A DNA stretch of 64,000 bases. Origin: the human T2T-CHM13v2.0 reference genome, Homo sapiens. Positions 44,803 through 59,150 of the stretch are shown here, piece after piece. The notes under the pieces are model-generated. The model saw only the letters and a list, made by a program, of their open reading frames with translations. It made no database searches and was not told where the DNA came from. The DNA is taken from NCBI RefSeq assembly GCF_009914755.1, contig NC_060929.1, one strand, 5' to 3'. Position 1 is the stretch's first letter, and the number at the start of each line of letters is the position of its first letter. The translations under genes and the position numbers were made by a program.

Positions 44803-45024
44803 AGTTTGAATAGGGAGGGCCTTTCTCAATGAAGCAGCACTCATGCACCCAGCAGCCTTTAAATGGATAACTCAACACCTACTGCTTGAACAATCCCATT
44901 GCCAAGGAACCCCACTTCACAAAGCAGCCCATTCACATAAATTACCTTCTTCCTTTCTTTTCTTTTATTTTTTTACATGATTATAGCCTAAGCTTTCATT
45001 AGCTTTTTAAAAATCACCCTTTTT

Positions 45025-45328
45025 TGGCCTAGCGTGATGACTCATGCCTGTAATCCCAGCATTTTGGGAGGCCGAGGCAAGTGGATCATTTGAGCTCAGG
45101 AGTTCAAGACCAGCCTGGCCAACATGGCAAGACCCTGTCTTTACTAAAAATATAGAAAAAAATTAGCCGAGCATGGTGGTGGGCACCTGTAATTCCAGCT
45201 ATTCAGGAGGCTGAGGCAGAAGAATTTGCTTGAACCCAGGAGATGGAGGTTGCAGTGAGCTGAGATCGCGCCACCACACTCCAGCCTGGGTGACAGAGGG
45301 AGACTCCATCTCAGTAAAATAAAATAAA
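45025..45328 (+). mobile_element. Alu (AluS)
   Basis: Full dimer; AAAAATCAC on both sides. Confidence 0.93.
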
Positions 45329-47732
45329 AATCACTTTTTTTATTCTTTAATGAAGCAGCATTCTTGGGTGCTTTTGTATTACTTTGCCATAGCACCAAGC
45401 ATTTGAAGGTTTATAATTTATATTGGTTAATTGAATAAAGACTAGATTGATCATTACAAAATGTGTCAACTCTTTGAGAGGATTTAGTGTAAAATTTCTG
45501 GGTTAAAAAATGGGACATGATTTCAAAGCAGCCATTAGTGGTAGCAGGATGTGAATCGGTAGTACTTGCTTATGTCTGTGTTCTGTCACTTTGAATAATT
45601 CACTCCGTCATGCAGTGTCTTAAGGAAATTCATGAGCAAATATAGGGAAAATATTTGTTTAGGCTAAAGAATCATGGTACTAGTCATTTGCCAGCATCCC
45701 TGGATTTGTTTATTTTCAAGAAATTTCTCACAGATGTAAGTGACACGTGGATATTTTCTCTCAGGTGTTTTCCAGGAGGGCCTAGTAAACCATGTGAAAA
45801 ATAATAAAACTTTTTCTGATTCCCTGAATCAATAAAGTCTCTTGAGGGGCAGTGTTTACACTGGGGAAGGGAAATGATTACTTTTTTCTGGGGTTAGCTG
45901 ACTCTCACCAATGTCCATACATTTGAAAATGCTGTGTGTTAAGTGCCCCTTTCCCAGCATTGGTACTCTCTAGAGGTGGGCAGCAAGGATAGCTTCTTAG
46001 AGATGGCAAGGATATTTAGTGCTGGAGTTGTAATAAGGGATAAGGCAAGAATAAACTTATCTTCATGGAGCTTACCTTTGAGTTTGGAATGCTCATATAT
46101 ACTCAAGCAACTAAGGTATAAACACCAGGATGTTGAGTGTTCCAGCAAACCTGGAGGGCCAGAATACTGGGGGGAAAGTAACAAACAAGAGGACTTTACC
46201 CTTCCATTCTTACAGGGGACGATGGCATGACTGGAATACGCTGAATTCATTCCCTCCCTCCTTCCTTCCTTATTTTATTGAGCATTACTACATGCTAGAG
46301 ACTACTGGCAGTGGAGATATAAAGTTTACAAATCTGTAGGACTTTCTTAACAGACCTCATCTGATTTTCTTTCATACCAGTTCCAAAGTCCTTGTTTTGC
46401 AAGCTTTCCATGAATAGGTAAAGGGCAGTAGCTCTCCTCTGATCTAGTCCCAACCTAGCATTTCACATCCACTGTCAACTCTATTCTTCTTCTTCCCAGG
46501 TAACCTGCATTTGCACAGTAATAAGCTTTTCTTTGTATTGGTTGGTTGGGTGTTTAATTAGGTATGTTTTATATACCTCTGTTCAATTCTAAATATCTGT
46601 CTCAGGTGATTTGCTTCCAGAGGCAGAAGAACATTTTATGCAGCTTTTAATACAGTAATATGTGCATATGGCTGTTCAATTTTATTTTTTATGGTGACGT
46701 AATTTTGACATGGGTTAATTATTTTCTTTGAGGCCATGGTAAACTATTGTGTAAGAGACTAGAGGAGCTTAATCAAGTTAGTTGCTATTTAAACTAAACT
46801 TTTAGCAGGTGCTCACTTAACCTGCATTTGTGTACTGTTAGGGAAGAGACCCAGGAAAACTGAAGATTGGTGAAAGTCAGAATAGTGGAGGCCAGAAAGA
46901 TTTTTGAAAGATCTGAAGAATCTACTGGAACCCTCAGCACCCTCATTTCAAATATGTTTGTATGGCAGGCTGCATGATGCAGGTAAAAAAGATAAGAGCA
47001 TTCCTAAATTTGAATTTGGGATCTGTTCCTTACTAGCTGTGTGACTCTGGGTAAGTGGTTTAACCACATCTGTAAGATGGGGTGAATTATCACTACATTG
47101 CAGGATTTTTTCTGAAGGTGGAACACACTAATATTCCCCTCTGATGGAGTCCTATGTCTGAAAACATGGCTGTTGAATTTTTTTCTATACCCTAAAACCT
47201 GGGGCTTTATTGTTGTGATGGTGAACCTTAGCTTTGGTGGATATTCCTGTGAGCCTGCTTTTTGTCTTAATGGTGCTCCTTTTCCTGTAGTGTCATGAGT
47301 TTTCAAGTTATCTATAAGCTGAGAGGAAATACAGGTGCATTCGGGTTATATGTGCAAAGGGCCTGCTAGGGTAAGATTCCATTTTCAAACTGTGTATGTG
47401 ATAACCTGTTGTTGATACATGCTTCAAATAAAGATAAAGTGTTATGCCCTCTCTTTCCAATTTATGGCCTCAAGAAGAAACTGTATTAATTTTAAATTAA
47501 AATAATATTGTTTCTTCTAGCTTGCTAAGAGGTGTGTGTGTATGCATTTGTGTGTTTTTGTGAAATTGTGTGACTGAGATTATGTGTTTTCCAAAAAGGA
47601 TCATCTTATGTAACAGACTTTGTTTCAACATTCAACCTCTAGATGGCAGTTTTGTGTATGTATTAGTAACTATTAGAAGGTCCAGTTGAAAATCAGCTGT
47701 CCTATATACACCTTGTATACATTGACAGAAGA

Positions 47733-47754
47733 GTGTGTGTGTGTGTGTGTGTGT
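47733..47754. repeat. (GT)n microsatellite
   Basis: About 11 perfect GT units. Confidence 0.9.
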
Positions 47755-49142
47755 TTTCTGTAGAAAAAAATAATCATGAGAGTATTATTCCTTAAAGGAA
47801 GAAGAGTATCCTAAATGACTCATTCATTCTCTAGAAATTCCTTCCTCCCACCCTTTCATCACAAATCATTCATACCCACTTTCTTGCAAAAACAAACATG
47901 CTCAGTTAGTTGGGCCTCTGTTTAAACATTACCCTTTACCTGGCTCTTTGAACTAAAGTGCCAGGCCCTTTGCTTTAGGAATGGCTTATTTAGGATGGTG
48001 CAGAAAAGATGAGTGATTTCACTGTCCTGTGTGTGCTGAGAACCTGGCAGTCCTACTTTTCCCTCCTGGTGCAACGTGCCTTTATCTTTTGCAACACATG
48101 AATCCATTTTTCCTGGTTTCAGACTTCCCCTCCCTCCCCTTCTCACCCCTTGTTTGAAATAATATTTTATTTTGCCTTCCTGCTGGTTGGATTAGAGTGC
48201 TGGTCTCAATGCCATGACATTTCAGGCAGGAAATGGAGTTTTCCTTCCTCAGAGGGTGTTATATGACTCTGACTTCCATGACTTGAGTTGGGAGACGATA
48301 CCATAGTTTCTGAATTGCTTTTTGGCTGTTCTGTAAAATAAGTTAGTGGAGAAGTTCTTGGAGTCTTAGAATTCATGTAGTTTGAACTTGTCATGGAGTT
48401 TTTTTTTTTCTTTTAATTAAATGAGAGCATGCCTGTTTGCTGTTTGATTCTGGTTTAACAAAGAATGGGGTATGGTGGTTAATGGACTTGATTGGGAGGG
48501 TGATTGAGGCAACCCTATTTTTACTCTTTAGTCTGCCTGGTGAAATATGGAGTTTTATTGGTTGAATATACCAGTTTATTTACCAATTTCTAAATATAAA
48601 ATGAGTTTGTCTTTTTAAAATCAAAACCAAAAATGAGCTATTATGTAATTCTGGATAGAAGAAACAGTTCAACCAGTACATTCCACTTATGTACATTTCT
48701 GTTGATTGTGAGATAGAATAGTAAAAATGAAAAAAAAATACATGAAACAGAAGCTATATTTTCATAGTTTGTTATCAATAGTAGTAACAGGTATTTGCAT
48801 TCTCCTTGAGTCTCACTCATCCCATCAGTGAATAATGCCTTGTCCTTGTGCAGTGTGTTAACATTTGCTTGCTTCTATGTCCCTGATACCTAGCATGATG
48901 ACTGGCACATAATAGGAACTCAGTCAATATCTGTTGCATTTAAGAGCCATGCAATTTAATATGCCAAAGATGTCTTTGGGCTTCCCGATGTTTTACGACT
49001 TCAGTCTCTCATAAAAATGTAAGAACTTATCTGATGTGGTTGGTGATACCTACTTTTTAGACTATTATTATTGCTATGATCCTAATTATTTTAGGAACAT
49101 TCCTCTAAAAATACTAAGGTTGCAGGCTTTAATAGGTTATGA

Positions 49143-49441
<299 letters not shown>

Positions 49442-49649
49442 AGAGGATCAGATCCTTTCTAAATAATTGATTAGAAGCTACTTCCAAAACCTTCTTAGAG
49501 GGTTGACCCTTGCTTCCTCCCTCCCTCCTCTTTCCAACTCTCCTTCCCTCCCTCCCTCCTTCCTTCCTTTCTTCTTCTCCTTAAGATGCTGGTCTTTCTG
49601 GATCCCAGGACATGTATGCTACATGCACAGGGGGGCAGTACAACATTGT

Positions 49650-49880
49650 CATTAAAGCATGGGCTTTGCTTTAGATTCAGGCACACCTGGGTTCAAGTGC
49701 AGGCTTTGGCACTTACTAGTGGTGTGACATTATGCAAGTAATTTATGTGAGTCTCAGTCTTTTCACTTTTAAAAGAAGAAATAATGGTAGTGTCTACTTC
49801 ATACAGTTATTGTGAAGAATGAATGATAATACAAGTAAAGTCCTTAGCACAGTGGTTAGCACATAATAAACACTCAGTAA
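49650..49880 (+). mobile_element. MIR SINE
   Basis: acctgggttcaag...cacttactagtggtgtgac...cttagcacagtggttagcacataataaacactca. Confidence 0.8.
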
Positions 49881-51637
49881 ATCTACCTGTGGTTTGGGGG
49901 CTGCCAGTTGCAGCATCTTCTGGTTTCTTACTTCCTCTGTCTCTCACCTGTACCACACCCAGATTATCATGGCATATTATTAATTCTTTCCATGCACAAA
50001 GGTCTTGCAGAAGGACCTCAATGGTTTATTACATCAGAGCACGCATAGTAGTGCAGATTCATATGTTCTGTCTCCAAATAGTAGATTACCATTGCCTTCC
50101 AGTGATGGCACTGTGTCCTTGAGTATTGGAAGAAAAAGGGAAGTAGCCCAAGTTCCTCCTTTGTGGATGACCTGGAGATACTCTCCTGAGTTTGACTGTA
50201 AGGTGAATCAAGAATATAGACAGGCATCCTTCATTGTTGGTCTTAATGCATGAGATGGATGACTTTATAACATGTAATGATGACCTAGGGTGAAGCTCAG
50301 ATAGATTCAGAGGAAGACACAGACAACAGAAGTTGCAAACTGGTGGTCCACAGACATGCTTGGTTTGGCTTGAATAGTGTTTGAGGCAACAGTTTAAAAC
50401 TGAAAAAAATCTTTAACTGCTGATCATGCCTTCCCGCATGCCAGCTACCGGTTGAGCTGAATGACAGATATTTCCTTTAGGTGGGGTGTGTGCTCTCTGT
50501 TCTGCCGCAGTCCCCACCATGCCCTGTTGCCCACCTCCCCCATGAAGACGAGTGACAGCTTTTTTGCTTTGCACTTGCACTGTTGTTTTTCCCACAGAGG
50601 GGAGATAATTCTTTGTTCTTTGTTTCTATCTGAAAGTAAAACTGCAAAAGAAAAAACCAAGAGCAACATAAGACCAAGTCTATTTTCCTTGGATTAAAGA
50701 ATTTCTTATCCAGTTTCCCTAATTTTTCTTACTTACCGAGTCTCCGTAGACATTTGGGTCTGTAATCTCATAAACAGACATGGAAAAGGTGTCATTCTCC
50801 AAGATTATTCTATGTGGCTTTGGCCATATCTTTGTGTAAATGAAGCTCTTCTGAACCCGAACCATTGCATTGTCCAGGAACTGTTAGGAATTCATTTTCC
50901 CAGTAGCACTTTAGAAACAAAGGACCACTTCCCTTCCCTGGCACTTGCAAAACTCTTCTTGCAAGTGGATGGCAGCTGATGCTCCATTCCTTATCATTCC
51001 CCTTTGTCTCCTAAATAAGCATAAGGGGCAGGTTTCAGACACAGGCTTTGAGATTGTGTGTTCCTGTGGGTGCCTCAGCTCTTCTACTTTGAATTTGACC
51101 CTTAAATATACAGTAGTGTGGATGGAAGCTGGGGAATGAACTCTTGCCAACAGAAGATTTATAGTCTTATGAATGAGTAAATTCTAGATCTTTGGAGGTT
51201 GATTTAGAAAGAACGGTACTGTTAAATTCTGAGTGTTTTTGTTTCAGTGGGGTGGAGTTAGTAATAGCTTTTCCTTGTCCAATAGGAAGTGGGTAAATTG
51301 CCAAACCACTGAGATCACTATTGTTGACTCAGATTCAGGAATAAGATTAGCGTAGGAAAGCTGTCGAGTAACCCTGGAATTGGGGCTGGTTGTGATTCTG
51401 TTTGCTCTTGGCTGGTGAGGAGGCTATGAGTTGGTATAGCCAGTGGTCCCAGGATCCTGAATGTGTTGCTAAACCATATACTGCTTTCCATGGGCTGTTT
51501 TTAGGGGCCAGGGTTGGAGGAGATATGGTGTTGGGTAGCAACTTGCCCTGTAATAGATGGAGAGCTGTTTTCTCCATGGCTCCTGCAGTGTGAGAGGTGA
51601 GGTGCCAGCTTAGAGAAAATTCCAGATCCTCGTTCAT

Positions 51638-51688
51638 GATTCTTAAGCAGATCCAGATTCTTAAGCAGATCCAGATTCTTAAGCAGAT
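51638..51688. repeat. 18-bp tandem repeat, 2.8 perfect copies
   Basis: GATTCTTAAGCAGATCCA at 51638, 51656 and partial at 51674. Confidence 0.95.
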
Positions 51689-52469
51689 ATAGCACTAAGG
51701 ACATATTCAGAGTGAAAAGGAAGTGCTGTATTTTAAGTGGATTCTTAGGGTTGAGCTCTACAGAGGATTTTTAAGTCATTTGCTCCTTCTCTCATCTGGC
51801 GGGTGGAGGGAGCTCCTTGGCAGATTTTTTAGAATTTGCCAAAGACCCCTTCTCTGTTCTTATTAGTTATCAGATGTTAATTTTAAAAGGGAGTGGTAGG
51901 CCACTTTGTTGCGTTACTCAGGAGGAGAAAGGAAATGGCCATTATGTCAGTGCAGGTGTGTCCCTTCAGCCCTCAGCCCTGTGTGCTTTGTGGTAGAGGC
52001 ATGAATTTCAGTGCTGTGTATGAGTGTGTTGGGAGTGGGAATCACACATGTCATTAGCACCTGTGGGTTGTTTCTTTTCCCTTTGAAACTATACACACCT
52101 GCCCTTCTGCAGCCGTAATTTTAACCTTACCCCATACTTACCATCCTGTTCCTGCTCACCCCACCTCTACCTGCCCCTGTGATTACAACTAATTTTTGGA
52201 GCATTCATCGTGTGCCTGACACTTTGAAATGCCGCATACACTTCTCATATAACCTTCCCAGCATGCCCTGAGGTGTAATCCTGGTAACGCTGGGAGACAA
52301 GTAATTGAACTGCTCTATGCTACTGTTCTTTAAAACATAGGTAATAAGAGTAGCACAGAATAGTTCAGTTGCTAGTCTGCCGTGGTTATACATCTAGGAA
52401 GCACTAGAATCAGGATAACTAGTGAGCCTAAGTTATTGATGAGAAGTCATAGCTCTTGGGTATTTAAAA

Positions 52470-53530
52470 CGATTTTTACTGAGGTGTAATCACAGTAAAA
52501 TGCATGACTCCAAAGTCTGTATTTTAATAACTTGTTATACACACACAACTGTGTAACCACCCAGATGAAGATATAGAATGTTTCTGTCACTCCAGGAGAT
52601 ACCCTTGTGCCCCTTCTCAGTCACTGCCCATATCTCTTTTCAAAAAAAAAAAAAAAATCACTCTTCTGACTTCTGTTGCCATAGATGAGTTTTGCAAGTA
52701 TTTGAACATCATAGAAGTGGAGTCACACAGTCACATAATCTTTTGTGTCTGGTCTCTTTCCCTCATCATTATGTCTCTGAGATTCATTCGTGTTGTTGCA
52801 TTTAGCAGTAGTTGACTCTTTTTTTAAAAAAATTGTTGTATGGTATGCCATTGTTCAAATATACAACAGTTTATCCATTTATCAATGGATATTTATTTGT
52901 TGTTGTTTTTGCAATTTTTGGCTATTCTAAATAAAACTGCAGGTATTCCTGAATGCGTCTTTTGGTGGACATATGCACTCATTTCTCTTGAGTATATATG
53001 TAGAGGTAGAATTGCTAGGTCATAGGGCAGGTTTATGTTTAGTTCTAGCAGATATTGCCAAAGTAGTTCCATCAACTTATTCTCCCATCAGCAATGTATG
53101 AGAGTCCCAGTTACTCTACATTTTTTGCCAGTATTGGTTATTGGTGGCCTTCTAATGCCCTCTATTCAGGAGGGTACTTGTTATATCTCATTGTGGTTTT
53201 AATCACATTTCCCTCATAAGTAATCAGTTTGGGCTCTATTTCTTAGCCTTATTGGCCATTTGGATGTCCTCTTTTATGAAGTGCTTATTCAAGTATTTAT
53301 TGTATTGGGTGGTTCATTTTTTCTTACTCACTTGTAGGCATTCTTTACATATTCTGGATATGATTCTTGCAGGAGATAGATATTACAGATATCTTCTCTC
53401 ACTCTGGTTTGACTTTTAATTTTTTAAATAAAAGTAATTAAGTAATTAAATTCATCTTTTGATGAGTGTAAGTTCTTCATTTTGGTGAAGTCCAATTTTT
53501 CAATATTTTTTCTTTATGATTAGGACTTTT
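52470..53530 (-). mobile_element. Old L1 3' region (L1M-type)
   Basis: tgagattcattcgtgttgttgca...tttggtggacatatgcactcatttctcttg...gaattgctaggtcatagg. Confidence 0.8.
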
Positions 53531-53562
<32 letters not shown>

Positions 53563-53894
53563 ACTCATTGCCTTTTCCATCTCTTGAGTATTTTAAGACA
53601 GATAAAACATGGAGAACCACTTCTATAGAAAGTAAGCCCCAGTTATTCTGGACGCTATTGAATTCTTGTTTTGGATTAGCTCGTTGCCTAGAGTAGCGTT
53701 GTAAGCCCTCATATTTATGAAGCACTTTAGGTTTTTACAGAGCTCTTTATCATTCAATCTCATTTAATCCCGTGCAGGAGCTCACTAAGGTGTTTGCAGA
53801 AGTGCATGGCTGATTTTGACACCAGAGGACTTGGGTGGTCAACGTGAGCTCTCTGGGGGCTGCGGTGCCATCACATTTGCCATGGCATTGTGCA

Positions 53895-54110
53895 CAAGAG
53901 TTAAGGGTTGGAATGCCTGTGTTCACATCCTGGCTCTATTATCTTGCCAGCTCTGTGATTGTGGACAAGATACTTAACCTCTCTGAGCCTTGGTTTTCTC
54001 ATCTGCTAAAGGGGAATAATAAGAATATACTTTTCTCATGATGTAGCTGTGAAGAGTGGGTGAATTAATTTATATATAGTGCTTAGCACAGCAACTGGCA
54101 TATACTGCTG
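53895..54110 (+). mobile_element. MIR SINE
   Basis: ggacaagatacttaacctctctgagccttggttttctcatctg. Confidence 0.8.
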
Positions 54111-54255
54111 GGTTATAATTATTACTGTTCTTTTATTGTAGAGGGTCTAATAGGCTCACAATTCTTTGTAGAGGTAAAAAGAGCTCTGATATTTACTCCA
54201 ATTTCTCTTTCATTGTTTTATATGTTCCCTTCCTCATTCCATATTATCCTCCTTC

Positions 54256-54544
54256 TTTTTTTATTTTGAGACGGAGTCTCGCTCTGTCGCCGGGCTGGAG
54301 TGCAGTGGCATGATCTTGGCTCACTGCAGCCTCCGCCTCCAGGGTTCAAGCGATTTTCCTGCGTCAGCCTCCCGAGTAGCTGGGACTACAGGCGTGTGCT
54401 ACCACGCCCAGCTAATTTTTGTATTTTTTAGTAGAGACAGGGTTTCACTATGTTGGCCAGGATTGTCTGGATCTCTTGACCTCATGGTCCGCCCACCTCG
54501 GCCTCCCAGAGTGCTGGGATTGATGTTAGTCACTGCGCCCGGCC
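54256..54544 (-). mobile_element. Alu (AluSc-like)
   Basis: Reverse dimer; TATCCTCCT on both sides. Confidence 0.92.
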
Positions 54545-57357
54545 TATCCTCCTACTTTTAATCTCTCTCTTCTCTGTCTCCCCTGCCCTGCCCATTTTTT
54601 GCTATGAAGAACCACATGCATTTCAAACATGAATTAAATTGACATCCTGTAAGAGAAGGTCTCAAAGTATGTTATTGTATAGGAACTGACATGGAAAGTG
54701 GAGGGTCGTTGAGGGTTTTGCTTGTTTTATTTTGTTTTGAGGGATAGTTGTTAGTAGGGACATAAGGAAGGTAAATATGGAAAGAAAGTTATTGTTTTAC
54801 TCCAGAATAAAGATAGTTCACCCTTTTTATCTTGGTTCTTGGAAATTCACATGCAAGACATGTGAATCCGTCCCCTACCCCACTTCCCCTGTAAAAGGGA
54901 ACAAGACCACATGTGGAAAAGAACTTGTATTTTGATATTTCTTCTTGGAATGAAAACAAATCCTGTTGACTTTCCTGGTTACCAAGGCCAAGTGGCCCAC
55001 CCTTCACAGCCTCTGAGGTTGTCGAACTTCCTCTGTGGCTTGGGGTGGAAATCTCACACTGTGTGCCATGAAGTTGATGTAATATATGTGAGCCCCTGAG
55101 ACCTTGGTATGTAGACAGCTCTTGTGATCTCACTGTTTGCTGGTGAGCCACTAGCAGGAAACGAACTAGAGACATGTTGGCTCCTTGACCTCACTGCAGA
55201 AAGGAGGGTAACTTTGCTCTCTAGGGCAGGGGGAACAGGAAGGAAAAGAGTAGGGATGGAGTGGACAGCCCAGGGTGTGGGCCTCAAACTTAACTCTGCA
55301 TCAAGATCACCTGGGGAGTTGGTTAAAATCCAAGTTCCCAGGCACAGCCCAGTTCAGATTGAGTAGAGTGGGGTTGGGCTGGAATCTCCATGTTAAGGGA
55401 ATGTCTGATTCTGAAGCAGGTGGTACAGGAGCAGCACCTACAGTAACACTCAAAGACCCAAAACCGGGGACTTGAGAGTTCTGCAATAGACAGTAGCTGC
55501 AGAGGCTTTTTGTTTCAAAGCTATTAAGACGTCATACTTGGTCTTTAGAGAAAGGTGGAAGGGTGGAATCAGTTCATTGTGCCCTTAAGCCACAGGGTCA
55601 GTTCTGTGGAGCCACCACTGTCAGCAGTCTGCAGATATCCACTGAGTCTGGCACACTGAATGGGCTGATGGTGGGAAGTGGGCACTTGGTTGGGTCTGAG
55701 AATGAGAATTTCTGAGAAGAGGAGGGAGAGTCCTGGAAGGTGCTCATGGAGAGAAGAGTTATTCCATCTTCTGAGTCATCTTTGTATTGTGGTGCCAGTC
55801 CCAGTGTGACCTTCATGGGAATGACCATCCTCTTGGGATCAGTGTTCCACCATCATCAACACGCCCACTCATCTAGCTGCCCACGCCTCCCACCCACATA
55901 CAACCCCACTCCCCTTTCTGTCTCTTGCTTGTTTTCTCACTCCCTTCTCTTGCTCGTTTGCATGCTTTCCCTCTGTCTCTCCCGACCCACACGCATTTAC
56001 ACCCTCACACATTCACACCCCTACCCCATGCCCCTTGTATCCTCAACCTGTCTGTATTTACATGCCCACGGCTCTAAATTTTTAAGGGGATGTCAAGGAA
56101 TGGTTAATGAAAAGAATCAAATGTGACTTTTAAATTATGTTAAACACAAATAGGTTTAGCATATTCATTGGAACTATAGCTATAAGCCAGAAGCAGAGAT
56201 GATGGGTGGGTGAGAATGACCAGGCTTGGGTGCATATGGGGCCCAGGCTTGTGCTGCTCAGGGTGTTGCTCAGCCTGTGTGGTTTTAATACCATATTGTT
56301 GTATGATCATTAGCAGTGTTTGTGTACTCAGACAGGAATCGGACTTTAGTTCTTGCTCAGTGGACCTCTTCCTCCTTTTTAGGCTGTCTCAAATTTTAAA
56401 GAGGATGGTTTTAACTAGCAATTCTTAACTTTTTGAGGGTTGCAGTTCTCTTTGAGAATCTGACAGACAATTTGAATTGTTTCTACAGAAAAATCCACAT
56501 ACATTTGAGGGAGAGGAGGAGGTGGTTTGGGGACACTCTGGGATCTATTTTCACCCTAAATGAAGAACTCCTGCTTTAATGGGCATAGAGGGCTTTCAGC
56601 CGCTTCTCCCAAGGTCGTTTTTATGGCGCAGTCTCTTTTTCTTGCGGAGTACCATTTGTGATGGGAACTGAACAAAACCCATTTGATATTGTATGCATGT
56701 CTTCTGGAGGGCTTGTGCTCAGTTTTAGAGAGCAAGCAGATTTCAGTGAGTGAAATGATCTCATGCATGTAAAGCACTTAGCACCTGACATGATTAAGTA
56801 TTCATTTTTAAAAAATACTGTGCACATTTAATCATAACTACCAAGATGATGACCACCATAAAACTTCTCCATGTCTGAAGCAGTTTAGAAGCAGTGGACT
56901 AGATATTAGGAGACAAGCATGCCTCCAGGTTGGATATTTTCTCCTCTTTTTTTTATCTTGAGTCCAGTAATTCCATTCACTTCCACAAACATTTATTGCA
57001 TTTCTACCGTGAGTAAAATACTCTGTTAAGCGTTTTGAGGTCTAGAAATGAATAAGATTTCAAGGAATTGAACAACGTCTAAAGGCATCACTTAACTCCT
57101 CTACGTCCCTTACCTGTAAAATAGGATCATGTCTTCTGTGTTTCTGCCTCTCTGAGGGAGATGGGCTGACTGAGAGGAATTTGGGCCATCCTTTCTGAGA
57201 GTAGAAGGTGGCTTAGTAAAGCCGAGTGTTTTGCCCCTCTTTGTGTTGTTAACCTTAGCAGCCACTGACTCTTTTGAGTGGATGTTTAAGATTTGCCTTC
57301 ACCAATCTCTCTACATGTGGCACTGGTTTCATATCCATGTCCCTCCTTTCTCTGCAG

Positions 57358-57436
57358 GCCAGGGGTTATCACCATGCAAGCTTTGTCGGAAGAGGACCGG
57401 AGGCTCTGGATGGAAGCCATGGATGGCCGGGAACCT
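57358..57436 (+). CDS. ARHGAP26: ARHGAP26 coding exon (exon 11), PH C-terminal helix, 79 nt
   Basis: cctttctctgcAG|GCCAGG...GAACCT|GTaagt; encodes (R)[26 protein letters not shown] with the conserved PH Trp. Confidence 0.97.
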
Positions 57437-58559
57437 GTAAGTAACAATTCAGGGAAGTAGAGCAAGAATGAAGGCCCTGAGTTGTTTGTTGCTTCCCTAG
57501 TGCAGTGATTTTTGCTGCTGTTCTAAAGCCTTGGGTTCTTGAAACCAGTGTACCAGAGGTGGTTTTTTATTCCTAGGTTTATGTTTGTGGATATTGATAT
57601 TGCTTCTGTATAGATGTAGTTCTTGAGCTTTGGCCTCTCTGTCCTAAGGCATGGCTTCTGCATAGAATTACACCAGAACTCCCATCTTTTATCATTGACT
57701 TCTGGTTCAGCCTCCCGTAGTAACTTACCTCCCCTTATAAGCAGCGGGACATTATCAGGATGGATGGAGGGAGGTGAGCCTGGTAATATGATCCCTGCTG
57801 CCATTTCAGCGATGCTGGCCTCAGCTGGGTGATGTAATCTTGTAGTTGTTCTGCATCTTGTGACGTGTAAAATCCATAAGAGCCCTGGAATCACTGTAGT
57901 CGTCTTATCTTAGTTCCAAGGATCTCAACTCCAGTGTTCAGCAAATCTCAAGGTTGCAGAAATTGTAAGAGTACAGTCTAACTATGTGCCACCAACAAAA
58001 GAGAAAAAGAATCTACAATGCCAGAGGGCCAATAATTGATACTTACACAGGTACTGTCCAAAGGGAGGAAATGTGTGCAAGGAAGAAGTAGGCCATGGGC
58101 TCCATTGACTATAGAACTCTTTGCGTCAGGCTGGATAATGCCAGCTGATTTGTGTGTGTCTTTCTCAGCTTACCCTGATGAGGTGGTCTGGCAACATAGA
58201 TTATGTACCTTTCTACTCAGCCATATTTTATACAAACATGGGACGTAGTCAACTAGGCATAAAGAAATAGCTAGTATTGTATGACATTTAATAATATAGA
58301 GCAAGATCTCTTAAAGATTTAAATAACTGATGATTTAGGCACAGTTTGCTAAACTATAATTAAGCATTGTTTAATCTTAATTCTTCTCCTGGGCTAAAAT
58401 ATAAGATAGCTCTGATTATCTCTGTATACGTTGTTACCCATAGGAACCCTCAAAACCAGATACACATTTCTACCTTTGAGGCTTTATGGGCACAATAGCT
58501 ATTTGATGTCAAAGGCCTTTGAAAGAAGCTTCCTAAGTAGGTCTTTCTTTTTGCTAGCA

Positions 58560-58745
58560 TTATCTACCATTTGTTGAGCACATTTTTACATGTTAGGCAC
58601 AGGACTGAGCACATTACATCTCTTAACCTGTTTATTTCTCTTAGCACTTAATGAAATAAGTGCTGTGATTCCATTTTATAGATAAGTAAACTGAAGCTTA
58701 GGGAGGTTAAGTAACTTGCCCCAAGTAGCACAGATAGTAAATGGC
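58560..58745 (-). mobile_element. MIR SINE, apparently split by an LTR (continues at ~59151-59190)
   Basis: ccattttatagataagtaaactgaagcttagggaggttaagtaacttgccc. Confidence 0.8.
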
Positions 58746-59150
58746 TATATTAGTAGGGTACAGGCTAGGTTGCTATTAACAGAGAGACTCTGAAGTACGG
58801 TGGCTTATGTAAGATAGATAAGTGTATTTCTCTCTTAGAGCCGAGAAGGGAGGAGTCCATGCCTAGTAGGGTCATTCTGCTATCCTCAGCCCATGGCTTC
58901 CCACATTGCTCCAGTCATTGCCATTTTCCAGCCAGAAAATGAGGATGAAAGCATTTCGAAGGACCCAGAAGATGCACATGTCACTTCCATTGGCTCAAAC
59001 ATAATGGTACAGCCATATCTACCTGCAAAGCAGGCTGGGAAACCTAGGCTGTACATAGGCAGTCATGGGCCCTGCCAGGACCCTGGACATGTTATTACTT
59101 CAAAGAAGAAGAGGAGAAAGGATACTGTGAATAGTTGGCAGTCTCCATCC
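58746..59150 (-). mobile_element. Old MaLR LTR (MLT1J/K/L-like)
   Basis: tatattagtagggtacaggctaggttgctattaaca...gtcacttccattggc. Confidence 0.5.
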
